From: Chiloscyllium plagiosum
Lineage: Eukaryota
Direction: 5' to 3'
Length of the DNA stretch: 37,742 nucleotides
Assembly: GCF_004010195.1 (NCBI RefSeq)
Contig: NC_057756.1
Span: 5,813,956-5,851,697, forward strand
A program made the position numbers and the translations under genes. Shown here in pieces: positions 23,994 to 34,939 of this stretch. The notes under the pieces were generated by a model that saw only the letters and a program-made list of their open reading frames with translations, searched no databases and was not told the DNA's origin. Each line of letters opens with the position of its first letter. Within the stretch, counting starts at the first letter, position 1.

Positions 23994-26034
23994 ACAAGGT
24001 AGAGGTGTTCTTGTCAGAATGGTGGGTTCCATTTTCAGTTCCCTGAAGTTAGCCTTGTCTATAGCCCAACACTTAAATTCTTCCCTTTGTAGGGTTCTGA
24101 TGGACCACATTACCCATCCCTCATCGAAATAGAAAGAGGAATTCAGCTGGGTGAGGTTAATCATCCTGAGCAGCGGCTGGTCAACAAGTCCAACTATTAC
24201 TAACTCGTGGGGGCAGAATTCAAGATGTATGGGATTGGTCAAAGTTAAAAATCGCTCCGAAAGCTAGTGGTTCCAATTAAAACTGTTCGACTATAACCTG
24301 GTGTTGTGTGGTTTTTAACTATGTACACCCCAGTCCAACACCGGCATCTCCGAATCATGGGATTGGTCAGTTTGATTTCAACCCTGTCAGCTCTTGCTCC
24401 ATGAGCTGTCCTCACTGTCCCATCGACAGGGAGTTTGCTCTCATACTTCTAGGGTAGGCACGTCAAATCTACTCCTGTGCGCAAACGTCCAGGTCCCCCG
24501 CCCTCATGTTCCCATACAGCCCATCCCCCCTCTGCTAGCAGAAAGCCAGTAGGAGGGTAGAGGGCGAGCTCTTTCAGTTCTTTGTCAACGCTAGCCGTTC
24601 CTTACTCCCAGCCTCCAGGCTCTCCTCTTCCTCGTTAGACAATTTCTTTCTTTTTCCCCTTTGGCCAGTACCCCCTTGGCCCAGTGACCTTCCTTCCCAG
24701 AGAAGTGACGCTTCCCTGGTCTTTGGTCTTAGGTCTTCTGAGCATTACCGTGGGTCTGTTTCATCCGTTCTGCCTGAAGGGCTCACAATGTGGCACCCAC
24801 GTCTCTGTTGAGCCAGTCGGCTCGGTCCATGAAGTCACAGTAATTCGTCTCCCCCTCCCAATCCCACTCTGGTCTGGTGGGCTTTAACATTTTGCTGAGC
24901 TCAGGTTGAAGTCCAGCCACTAAAGTAGGCCTCAGCAGGCCGGAATTGCAACCTTCAAAATCCCTGGCGCATTTGGGATTCCTGTATTTGCACCCCGTCT
25001 CAGGGATTTCCCCACAACCGGTCTAGGCTTTCCCATGTCTTCATTGGCCTCTTCTCCGGGTGAGGCTTTTCTTTCGGTCACTTGCCTCGATTCTCAAGGG
25101 TCAGAGGTCACTGTGTGTATTTCAGTCTCCAGTATCAGCTCAACTACCTCAGAGCCATCTTCTAATCTCTGCCTGATCATCTTTCAATCTTTACTTTCCT
25201 GGTTTTAAGGGGTTGTTAAAAACGATATCAGGGATACACAAGTCCTCATCGCTTTCCCTGCTAGAGTTCCTCTGGTGCCAGGGCAGTAGCTTTGTCTTTC
25301 TGAATCACTTCCTGGATGTCTCAGGTGGCCGAGTACAAATTCTGTGCGGGCCTGGGAACCTGGGAAGAAACTGACAGGGCTGTTATCGCATCCTCCTGTT
25401 TCTTCTTCCCTTTTTTCAAGCTCCTGATCTTTCTGCAGCTGTTCACGTGCTGCGTTTAACTGCTTTTTAAGTTGGATTACTTCATGATCATGGGCTGATC
25501 AGGTCATGACTTCGTTTCTCTGGTGAATTTGTCCCATAAACGCGAGGGATCATTTAATTCTGCCTTTATTTTTCTGACGGGTGTTTGTTTCCCCCAGACC
25601 CAATTTGGGGATGATATTGTTTCCGATATCGACAGCTATACAAAGGCAGCTTGGCCTAAACGTTGCTTGGAGCAAAGGCTGATAAGGTATGAAAATGCAG
25701 TAATGTGTTTGAAAGGGTTGTTTTAAATTCGAACAGTAAAATAGAACTACAAAACCGCAGTTTTATGAATGAATGAATAGAGTCGTGTTATAGTGAACAA
25801 CGGGTTAGTGAAGGGTAATGAATGGATGAACAGGAACCTGGTGTTCATGAATATAGCATGCTGTTGAGTGATTTAGTAAAACATAATATCTCACAATTAT
25901 TAAGGATTAGATTGCAGAATACTTGGAAATCATGATAAAATAGGGTTGAGTCAGCATGGCTTTGTTATGGTGAGGTTGTGTCTGACACATTTGTTAGAAT
26001 TCTTCAAGGAAGCAAATTAGACAAAGGAGAGCCA

Positions 26035-26696
26035 TCCACATCCACCAATATCATCTATTGTATCCGTTGCTCCCGATGCGGTCTCCTCTACATTGGGGAG
26101 ACTGGTCGCCTCCTAGCAGAGCGCTTTAGGGAACATCTCCGAGACACCCGCACCAATCAACCACACCCTCCCGTGGCCCAACATTTCAACTTCCCCCTCC
26201 CACTCTGCCGAGGACATGGAGGTCCTGGGCCTCCTTCACCGCCGCTCCCTCACCACCAGACGCCTGGAGGAAGAACGCCTCATCTTCTGCCTCGGAACAC
26301 TTCAACCCCAGGGCATCATTGTGGACTTCACCAGTTTCCCCATTTTGCCTCCCCCCACCTTACCCCAGTTCCTACCTTCCAGCTCAGCACTGTCCTCATG
26401 ACCTGTCCTACCTGCCTATCACCCTTCCCACCTATCCACTCCACCCTCCTCCCTGACCTATCACCTCCATCCCCTCCCCCATCCACCTATTGTACTCTTT
26501 GCTACCTTCTCCCCAGCCCCACTCCCTTCCCATTTATCTCTCCACCCTGGAGGGTCCCTGCCTCAATCCCTTATGAAGGACTCCATCCTGAAATGTCGAT
26601 TTTCCTGCTCCTCGGATGCTGCCTGACCTGCTGTGCTTTTCCAGCACCACTCTGATCTAGACTCTGATTTCTAGCATCTGCAGTCCTCACTTTTAC
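26035..26696 (+). mobile_element. 5'-truncated Penelope-like element: GIY-YIG endonuclease plus terminal repeat
   Basis: NIIYCIRCSRCGLLYIGETGRLLAERFREH; TSD caaaggagagcca at 26022-26034 and 26697-26709. Confidence 0.92.
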
Positions 26697-27055
26697 CAAA
26701 GGAGAGCCAGTGGACAACATCTATTCAGGTTTTCAGAAGGCTTTTGACAAGCTGCCACAATAGGAGGCTGTGAATTAAAATGAGTCCATGGTGTTTAGGG
26801 GCAAGGTATTGGCTTGGATAGAGGATTGGCTGATTGGCAGAAGTCAGAGAGTGAGGATAAAGGGATCTTTGTCAGGATGACAGCTGGTGACTAGCTAATT
26901 TCCAAGGGTCAGTGTTGGGACCACAACTATTCACATCATACGTTGATGATCTGGATGAAGGAAATGGGGAAATTGTTGTTACATTTGCAGAGGACACAAA
27001 AACTGAGGGACAGGTTGTGTTGAGGAAGTGGAGAGGTTGCAAAAGGACTTGGTCA

Positions 27056-27377
27056 TTAGATTAGATTTTTTTTTAGATTACATTACAGTGTGGAAACAGG
27101 CCCTTCAGCCCAACAAGTCCACACCGCCCCGCCGAAGCGAAACCCACCCATACCCCTACATGTACCCCTTACCTAACACTAGGGGCAATTTAGCATGGCC
27201 AATTCACCTGACCCTGCACATCTTTGGACTGTGGGAGGAAACCGGAGCACCCGGAGGAAACCCACGCAGACACGGGGAGAACGTGCAAACTCCACACAGT
27301 CAGTCGCCTGAGGCAGGAATTGAACCCAGGTCTCAGGCGCTGTGAGGCAGCAGTGCTAACCACTTGCCACCGTGCCG
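27056..27377 (-). mobile_element. V-SINE
   Basis: Full-length copy. Confidence 0.9.
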
Positions 27378-28060
27378 GTGGTCATGCCCGGCAAGTGGAC
27401 ACAGAAGTGACAGAGAGGACACAATGTGGGAGACTATGAGGTTAGTGCAAAAGGCTTTGGAAATCTGAGGCGCAGAGAGACTTGGGAGATGCTCTGGCAT
27501 TGGCAGGTGCTGAATCGAAAAGTGTGGCGCTGGAAAAGCACAGCATCCGAGGAGGAGAAGTGTTGACATTTCGGGCACGAGTCCTTCATCTCCTGCTCTT
27601 CAGATGCTGCCTGGCCTGCTGCATTTTTCCAGCACCACACTTTTCAACTTTGACTAAAAAGGCTTGACATATGAGGGCTCTGGGTCTGTACTCAATGGAA
27701 TTTAGTTGGATGAGTGCGGGGGAGTCTGATTGAAACTTTAAAATACTGAGGGACCTGGATGGAGTGGACGTGGATAAGATGTTTCCACAAGGAGGAGAGG
27801 TCAGGGTGTGATGGCACAGCCTCAGAGTGCCCTGAGTTGAGGAAGAATCTCTTCAGAGAGTGGTTAATCCGTGGAACGCATTGTGGCAGAGTGCTGTAGG
27901 GGCCAAGTCATTGAGAGTATTTGAGACAGAGATAGATCAGTTCTTGATTAGTAAGGGGATCAAGTGTTACCGAGAGAAGGCAGGAGGATGGGGTTGAGAA
28001 ACAATTCACCAGGATGAAATGGTGGGGCAGTTTTCATGAGCTGAATGACCTAATTCTATC

Positions 28061-28385
28061 AGGGCAGCACGGTGGCTCAGTGGTTAGCACTGCTGCCTTA
28101 CAGCACCAGGAACCCGAGGTTGATTCCAGCCTCAGGGGACTGTCCGTGTGGACTTTGCACATGCTCCCTGGGTTTACTCCAGCCGCTCCGGTTTCCTCCC
28201 ACAATCCAAAAGTGTGCAGATTAAGTGAATTGGCCATGCTAAATTGCCCATGGTGTTGAGGGATGTGTAGGTTAGCTGCATTAGTCAGGGGGAAATGTAG
28301 AGTATTAGGGGAATGGGTCTGGATGGGTTACTCTTTGCAGGGTCGGTGTGGAGTTGTTGGGCCAAATGGCCTGTAGGGATTCTAT
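28061..28385 (+). mobile_element. V-SINE, diverged
   Basis: Head ggcagcacggtggctcagtggttagc and V-domain. Confidence 0.8.
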
Positions 28386-28543
28386 CTTATCCTAAATCTG
28401 AATGATGCTGTAGATCCCTGGCCATATGATGGTAAGTTTGATTTGACTCTCAGTGACCCAGCAGAACAATGTATAATCCCATTCCAGCTCCTGGGCACAG
28501 TGTCAAGGCAAACACTCTAATGTAGCTGGAACTGAACAACCCT

Positions 28544-28591
28544 GGTCCCAGGGTCACAACCAAACCCAGGTCCCAGGGTCACAACCAAACC
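28544..28591. repeat. Short tandem duplication with 25-bp period
   Basis: ggtcccagggtcacaaccaaacc at 28544 and 28569. Confidence 0.9.
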
Positions 28592-28707
28592 TGCTCCAGT
28601 GATGTATTGATGTAAGAGTAATGATTGGTCAGTGGAGGCAGTTTTAAACGGTGTTTTGATTTGACAGTGATCTCCAACACCCCCAACAAACCCCACCTCC
28701 TCCCATG

Positions 28708-29066
28708 GATACCGCCCTCTAACTGGATGTCCTGGTATGTTTCTGCCCAGATACCGCCCTCTGATTGGATATCCTGTTGTTCTCTGCCCAGATACCGCCC
28801 TCTGATTGGATATCTTGTTGTTCTCCGCGCAGATACCGCCCTCTGATTGGATATCCTGTTGTGCCCAGCCCAGATACCGCCCTCTGATTGGATATCCTGT
28901 TGTTCTCCGCCCAGACACCGCCCTCTGATTGGATAGCCTGTTGTTCTCCGCCCAGATACCGCCCTCTGATTGGATATCCTGTTGTTCTCCGCCCAGATAC
29001 CGCCCTCTGATTGGATATCCTGTTGTTCTCAGCCCAGATACCGCCCTCTGATTGGATATCCTGTTG
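28708..29066. repeat. 41-bp promoter minisatellite, about 8.7 units, consensus gataccgccctctgattggatatcctgttgttctccgccca
   Basis: Unit starts at 28708 (degenerate, 42 bp), 28750, 28791, 28832, 28873, 28914, 28955, 28996 and 29037 (partial). Confidence 0.97.
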
Positions 29067-29190
29067 GAGCACGCTCGGATGCGGATCGCTGATTGGTCGA
29101 GAGCTCGGACGCGGCGGTTTATTGTGGAGGAAGCAGAATCATAAAGGTGTGTGACGTCACATCCTCTGCCAACGGGTCACAGGAAATAAC
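29067..29190 (+). promoter_or_regulatory. RABAC1 proximal promoter with inverted CCAAT box, CRE palindrome and ETS-like site
   Basis: ctgattggtc (GACCAATCAG on minus) at 29089-29098; tgtgacgtcaca 12-bp palindrome containing TGACGTCA at 29150-29161; caggaaat near 29180; local CpG retention; no TATA box seen. Confidence 0.7.
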
Positions 29191-29198
29191 AGAAACAG
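29161..29198 (+). other. RABAC1: Probable untranslated first exon of RABAC1 (5' end approximate)
   Basis: Donor CAG|gtacga at 29198/29199 just after a CpG-containing promoter-like region; the ATG exon has a strong acceptor, so an upstream exon is expected. Confidence 0.55.
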
Positions 29199-29219
29199 GT
29201 ACGAATTTACATTTTCCTT

Positions 29220-29765
29220 CAGAGCCTATGGATATAATGTACACCCTATAGACACTATATAGATCTCGTGTGCATCCTAAAATACCCCTATAGATTCCGT
29301 GTGCCCCCCGTAGTTATCCTACAGATACCCTATAGGCACCATATAGAGCCAAGATACTCTATAGATACCCCAGACACTCCCTATCGACCTATATGCTACC
29401 TATAGACACACTATAGGCCCTGTACGCTAACTATAGACACCCTATAGACCCTGTATGCTAACTATAGACCCTGTATGCTCCCTATAGACTCCCTATAGGC
29501 CCTGTATGCTAACTCTAGACACCCTATAGACGCTGTATGCTAACTCTAGACCCTGTATACTCCCTATAGGCCCTGTATGCTAACTATAGACACCCTATAG
29601 ACGCTGTATGCTAACTCTAGACCCTGTATACTCCCTATAGGCCCTGTATGCTAACTATAGACACTATACAGACCCTGCATACTCCTGGCGGATACCCTAC
29701 AGACCCGTGCACTCCTGACAGACCCCGTGCGCTCCCTATAGGCACCCGTGGATGCCTGATATAGA
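29220..29765. repeat. CTATAG-based intronic minisatellite with a 71-bp higher-order repeat
   Basis: 20-bp (ctatagaccctgtatgctaa) and 11-bp (ctatagacacc) subunits; 71-bp period at 29513, 29584 and 29655; degenerate continuation to about 30785. Confidence 0.9.
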
Positions 29766-30014
29766 CTCTATGCAGTTCTCAGGAAGGGTCACTGGACCCA
29801 AACCGTTAACTCTGAGTTCCCTGCACAGATGCTGCCAGACCTGCTGACTGTTTCCAGCAATTTCTAGTTTTGCTTCAGATATGTGGAGCCCTTGGAAGAC
29901 CCATATGTACCTTTAAAATGATTCAGTGCACTCTATGGCCCTCAGTAAACCCTATAGAGATACTGGATCCTGGGTATACTCGATAGAGCCCAGCTAGACT
30001 CTATAGAGATTGTA

Positions 30015-30440
30015 CATACATCGGACAGGCAGGCAGGAAAATAGGCCCCAGGATATACCAGCACCAACTAGCCACCAAAAGACATGACCAACTATCACTG
30101 GTATCCATACACACAGATGAAGAGGGACACAGTTCAACTGGAACAGTACATCCAACCCGGGACAGGCTAAACAAAGACACACACGGGATTTCTGAGAGGC
30201 CTGGCATTCAAACAGGAACTCCATAACAAACATATTGATTTGGTCCCCATTAACCAGCCCTTGAGAAAAAGAATCTGAAGTGATATCACCTACCTCGACA
30301 GACCCAGACAGATAAATAGCAAGTGGGACAGACCACCAGCATTTCACTGGAGGCTCCCTGATGATGTTACCCATCATGGAGTCAAAACATCTGAGAACAA
30401 ACCTTCCAGCTCAGCGAGCAAACTTACAACCTGAGCCACA
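30015..30440 (+). mobile_element. PLE GIY-YIG/3' end remnant (same family as 859-1204) in RABAC1 intron 1
   Basis: YIGQ-like start (tacatcggacag), aactccataacaaacatattgatttgg homologous to 1045-1075, decayed ctgatga core near 30358. Confidence 0.7.
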
Positions 30441-30928
30441 ATGGTAGAGACTGTACAGCCTGTAGGTACACTGTAGACCCTGCGGCAGTCCTATTGAGAA
30501 TTATAGAACTGATATAAACCTTTTAGAAAACTGATTGTTTATAAACCCTTAAATTGCCTGTAGAGATAATCTGTTCAGATTCTCTAGAGACCTTTCAGCT
30601 TGCATAGAGACCCTATTGCAATCCTATTGAGAAACCATAGACAACCTATAGAACCAAATAGATATCAAAGACTCCATAGAAACCTCATACTATCTGTACA
30701 GACCTGATTGACCCAGTATAAATCCTATAGAGTACTTGTAGGTACCACACAGCGTTATGGAGAGGGCCATCTATAGACGCTGTATGAGCTGGTTTATTAC
30801 TGTGATATTGTCTCTGGTCTTCCTAACTGTGAGGAGAGTCAGTCACTGTTTTACTGATGAAGATTCTTTCTCCCAATTTGTTTCTTTGTTCTAGGTATTC
30901 CCAGCTCTCTGCTCACTTTCCGGAGGCC

Positions 30929-30996
30929 ATGAGCTCCAAGCCTGATGACGTCTTCTCCCTGACCAAAGAGGAGGAAGCAAGCGGGGTGACCGGCAG
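30929..30996 (+). CDS. RABAC1: Prenylated Rab acceptor 1 (PRA1 family), first coding exon; the exon starts at 30895 with 34 nt of 5'UTR
   Basis: Acceptor tttgtttctttgttctag ends at 30894; Kozak-like gaggccATG at 30929; reads MSSKPDDVFSLTKEEEASGVTG(R). Donor AG|gtgaag at 30996/30997 is phase 2 and joins the next exon in frame. Confidence 0.8.
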
Positions 30997-31919
30997 GTGA
31001 AGTCACGCGAACCCCTCGCTGGCAGGTCGTCTCAGCTCATGGGTTCCAGCTCTCCCTCCCGGGAAACACCCAGTTAGAAAACCAGGGGCCCTTTTAAGGA
31101 GTGGTCTGAGGGCAGGTGATGCTCTCTCCCTCTTGAATTGAAAAGTTACATTGTCCCGGAGTGTGTTAGAACATGTCTGAGCAGAATGCTTAAAAATATC
31201 TAAGCAGCCCTCAGTAAAATCGCACTGCTGCCGACAATGTACAACAGCATTTCTGTTTGAGTGAATTCTTGATAGAAAGGGGGAGGAAACAAATACTGTG
31301 TTCTTTCCCAGTGGAGACCTTTGCATCTCGGAGTCCTCTTACTTTTCACGAGCAGCCTGGGAGAGAAGGTGTTTCACACGGCTGGCAGGTGGGACTAGAT
31401 TGGGTTGGGGATCTCTGCTCGGCATGGACGGGTTGGACCGAAGGGTCTGTTTCCATGCTGTACACCTCTGATTCTATGAGAACAGTTTTGTTAAACCGAA
31501 CCCAGAGTAGTTGAGAGACTTAGCCATGAATTGACTTTCATTTATGATTTTGATTTGGTAAGAATATTTGGTTTAAACAAAACCTCAATTTAAAAGTACC
31601 TAAATTTATAGAACATAGAAGAATACAGCGCAGTACAGGCCCTTCGGCCCTCGATGTTGTGCCGATCCAAGCCCACCTAACCTACACTAGCCCACTATCC
31701 TGCTTCCACACCAGGGTTGGCGGGGGGAGCGACAGAGAGAGAGAGAGGGGGGGAGATTCCATGTGAACAACAAACGATATTTGGCCACTCAGCCCTTCAA
31801 GCGTGCTTCACCGTTACCAAAGCAGGAGACCATTCTGTCCGTCCTATCTGCACCAGCTGTTGTAATGAGCATGATAATCCAGTACTAACCTCCTGCCCTT
31901 TCCCCACGTCCCTGCCCGT

Positions 31920-33435
31920 GAGTTCTCTGTGCATGAATCACAGAGGGTCGGTCTGCAGGTACAGCAGGTAATTAGGAAGGCAACTGGAATTTTGTCCTTC
32001 ATTGCTGAAGGGATTGAGTTTAAAAGCAGGGAGGTTATGATACAACTGTACAAGGTGCTGGTGAGGCCACACCTGGAGTACTGTGTGCAGATTTGATTAG
32101 ATTAGATTTGTTTCCCTACAGTGTGGAAACAGGCCCTTCGGCCCAACCAGTCCACACCGACCCTCCGAAGAGTGACCCACCCAGGCCCATTTCACTCTGA
32201 CTAATGCACCTAACACTACGGGCAACGTAGCATGGCCAATTCACCCTGACCTGCACATCTTTGGTCTCCTTACTTGAGAAAGGACAGACTGGCACTGGAG
32301 GGGCTGCAGAGGAGGTCCACCAGGTTGGTTCCGGAGTTGAGGGGGTTGGCTTATGGGGAGAGACTGAGTAGACTGGGATTATATTCGTTGGGATTTTGGA
32401 AGAATGAGGGGGAATCTTATGGAAACATCAAATTATGAAGGGAATAGATAAGATAGAAGGAGAGAGAGGATGCTTCCAGTGGTGGGAAACTCGAACAAGG
32501 GGGCAAAGCCTCAAAATGAGGGGGAGCAGATTTAGGACTGAATTGAGAAGGAACGTCTTCACCCAGAGGGTTGTGAATCTGTGGAAATCCCTGCCCAGGG
32601 CAGTGGTTGAGGCTTCCTCAGTAAATGTTTTTAAGCTAAGATGTTTGGAACAGTAGAGGAATTAAGCGTTATGGTGAGAGCACGGGTGAGTGAAGCTGAG
32701 ATCATGAAAGCTCAGCATGATCTTATTGAATGGCAGAGCAGGGTTGAGGAGCTGGATGGTCTACTCCTCCTCGTTCTTATATTGCGTTCAATCCAAATTG
32801 TCATCCACTCCCCGAGTCATGGTCATGCAGCAGAGAAACGGCCCCTTTGGTCCAACCGCTCTATGTTGACCACAATCCCAAACTCCACTCGTCCCACCTG
32901 CCTACTCCATCCCTCCAAACCTTTCCCATTCACATACCTGTCCAAATGTCTTTTCAACACCTCGACTGTACTTTCATCCACTACTTCCCCAGGAAGTGCA
33001 TTCCACCCACTAGCCATTCAGTGTCTAAACATTTTTTAAAAAAAAAACAAAATTGCCCCTCATGTCTTTTTAAGATAGTCACAGAGGTGTATAGCTCGGA
33101 AACAGACCCTTCGGTCCAACTCGTCCATGCCAACCAGATAGCCCAACCCAATCTAGCACTTGGCCCATATCGCTCTGAACCCTTCCTAATCATACACCCA
33201 GCCAGCTGCCTTTTAAATGCTGTCATTGTACCAGCCTCCACCACATCCTCTGGCAGCTCATTCCACACACAGACACCACCCTCTGTGTGAAAAAGTTGCC
33301 CCTTCAGTCTCTTTTATATCTTTTCCCCTCTCACCCTGAGTTCTGGACTCCCCCATCCTGGGGAAAAGACTTTGTCTGTTTATCCTATCCATGCCCCTCA
33401 TGATTTTATTATCCTCTAAGGTCATCCCTCAGCTT
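31920..33435. mobile_element. CR1 fragments (+ about 31920-32790 with a SINE tail inserted at about 32095-32265; two minus-strand 3' ends at about 32820-33435)
   Basis: LYKVLVRPHLEYCVQ, FTQRVVNLWKSLP and WNELPEDVVEA motifs. Confidence 0.8.
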
Positions 33436-33453
33436 CGACACAGCCCCGGCCGT

Positions 33454-33770
33454 GGGGCGGCACGTTGGCTCAGTGGTTAGCAGTGCTGCCTCACAGCACC
33501 AGGGACCCGCTTTCGATTCCAGCCTCAGGCGACTGTCTGTGAGCAATTTGCACATTCTCCCCATGTCTGCGTGGGTTTCCTCCGGGTGCTCCGGTTTCCT
33601 CCCACAGTCCAAAGATGTGCAAGTCAGGGTGGATTGGCCATTATAAATTGTCCATAGTGTTAGGTGCATTAGTCAGAGGGAAATGGGTCTGGGTGGGTTA
33701 CTGTTCGGAGGGTCAGTGCGGACTGGTTGGGCTGAAGGGCCTGTCCCCACACTGTAGGGAATCAAATCTA
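33454..33770 (+). mobile_element. V-SINE
   Basis: Head, V-domain, tail. Confidence 0.88.
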
Positions 33771-33877
33771 TCGCTTCACAATGAAATCGTGTCAGTCTTT
33801 CCATGTCTTCGGGGATAGTATGCAGGCTGTGACCTCCACCCACACTCACCCCCTCCCTCTCTCCCTCCTTCCCTCAG

Positions 33878-34090
33878 GATATATATTCCGAAGATCATCT
33901 CCCAGGGCCCAGCGAAGGAATGGATAGAGAGGCGCAGGCTCACCATTCGACCCTGGGCCTCCTTCATCGACCAGAAACGTTTCTCCCGGCCGAAGAACTT
34001 TGGCGAGATGTGCAAGCGGCTGGTGAAGAACGTGGAGTACTTCCAGAGCAACTACGTGTTTGTGTTCCTGGGCCTGATCGTGTACTGTGT
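33878..34090 (+). CDS. RABAC1: PRA1/RABAC1 coding exon 2 (213 nt)
   Basis: Pyrimidine tract plus cag acceptor; reads (R)IYIPKIISQGPAKEWIERRRLTIRPWASFIDQKRFSRPKNFGEMCKRLVKNVEYFQSNYVFVFLGLIVYC(V), the PRA1 signature (IRPW...NVEYxQSNYVFVFLGLI); gtaagt donor at 34091. Confidence 0.96.
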
Positions 34091-34489
34091 GTAAGTGAGA
34101 GGGACGCGGGCAGGGGGTTAGTGAGGACTAGGGTAACGGCAGCCACACCGTGTTCCTCAGTCTTGTGGGGATGTTGGGGTGTGGAGTCGGCGATGGAGCT
34201 GCTGCAGCCTCCCCTGAGCTGTCCCCAGCCCAGGACTGCTCCCAGTACCTGCCCCACGTCCCCTCCCTGCCTGACTGGCCATATTCTCCAGGCTCCAAGA
34301 GAGGCCCAGATTCCCAGGTGAAACTGTGTTCCCCAGAGCACTGAGGGACCCTCTCCAACATTCCAGGGTGTTGGACGTGGTGCTTTTTCCAGTTCCTAGT
34401 ACCCAGACACTGGGGGATGATACATACTCCTCATTCCCAAATCTGGGCCACTTGGACCCCATGTACTCACGAATGTAATGTGTTGCACT

Positions 34490-34930
34490 CTGTTCCGTCA
34501 TTTTCATTGTCCCTCTGTTTGTGTGTGTGAATTTGTGTGTCTTTTGTGCTCTCTCACAGACACTTTCTCATCTCCAATTCTCTTTCACACGCTCATTTTC
34601 TCGCTATCTCTCACACACTCCCTCACACTACCTTTCCACAGTGCACTCTGTCTCCCCCTCTCTTTGCCACACACCCTCCCTCTCTCTCTCTATCTCTCCC
34701 TATCTCTCTTTGAGACACACTCTCACTCAGAATCTCTTGCACACACTCTGTCATCTCACCAGCGTGCCCTCTCTCTCTCATATGCTTGCTCTCAGTCCTG
34801 CACTCCGTTCTCTCTCATTCTCCTGCTCGCTGACTCTCCCTCTTGTTCACACTCTTTCTTTCTCTATCTCTCTACTCTGTGTGAATCTCTCTCAATTTCA
34901 CTCGCTGTTCCCTTCCCTCACTCTCATTCC
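34490..34930. repeat. CT/CA-rich low-complexity intronic tract
   Basis: Degenerate (ct)n/(ca)n; the ORFs over it are spurious. Confidence 0.85.
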
Positions 34931-34939
34931 CATGCTGAG

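Larger units (their letters stand above)
22482..25895 (-). mobile_element. Deleted class I (gamma/epsilon-like) endogenous retrovirus; LTRs at about 22482-22772 and 25615-25895
   Basis: Diverged direct repeats ending atatctcaca; polypurine tract gggggggac on minus at 22773-22781; decayed CCHC knuckle RHFSGKEGHWAK at about 24671-24712; RNase H SELWALTEACRTAEDQAANVYTGSR at about 23535-23615; integrase tail GKWVPVKK...KWE at about 23340-23415. Confidence 0.75.
25897..28050 (+). mobile_element. Decayed CR1 RT region hosting PLE and SINE insertions
   Basis: SQHGF..., FQKAFDK, QGSVLGP and FADD-like remnants. Confidence 0.75.

Noticed and set aside
28708..29066. CRISPR-like array
   Set aside because: Units are contiguous tandem copies without unique spacers, and the context is eukaryotic with no cas genes.
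28517..29072. Repetitive ORFs (QQDIQSEGG..., TTGYPIRGRY...)
   Set aside because: Translations of the 41-bp minisatellite cycling through frames.
29060..29098. ER stress element (CCAAT-N9-CCACG) in the promoter
   Set aside because: Neither the repeat boxes nor the solo box has CCACG at the required spacing.
33920..34507. ORF-track proteins overlapping RABAC1 coding exon 2
   Set aside because: Wrong frame or strand; the PRA1 frame bounded by splice sites explains the region.
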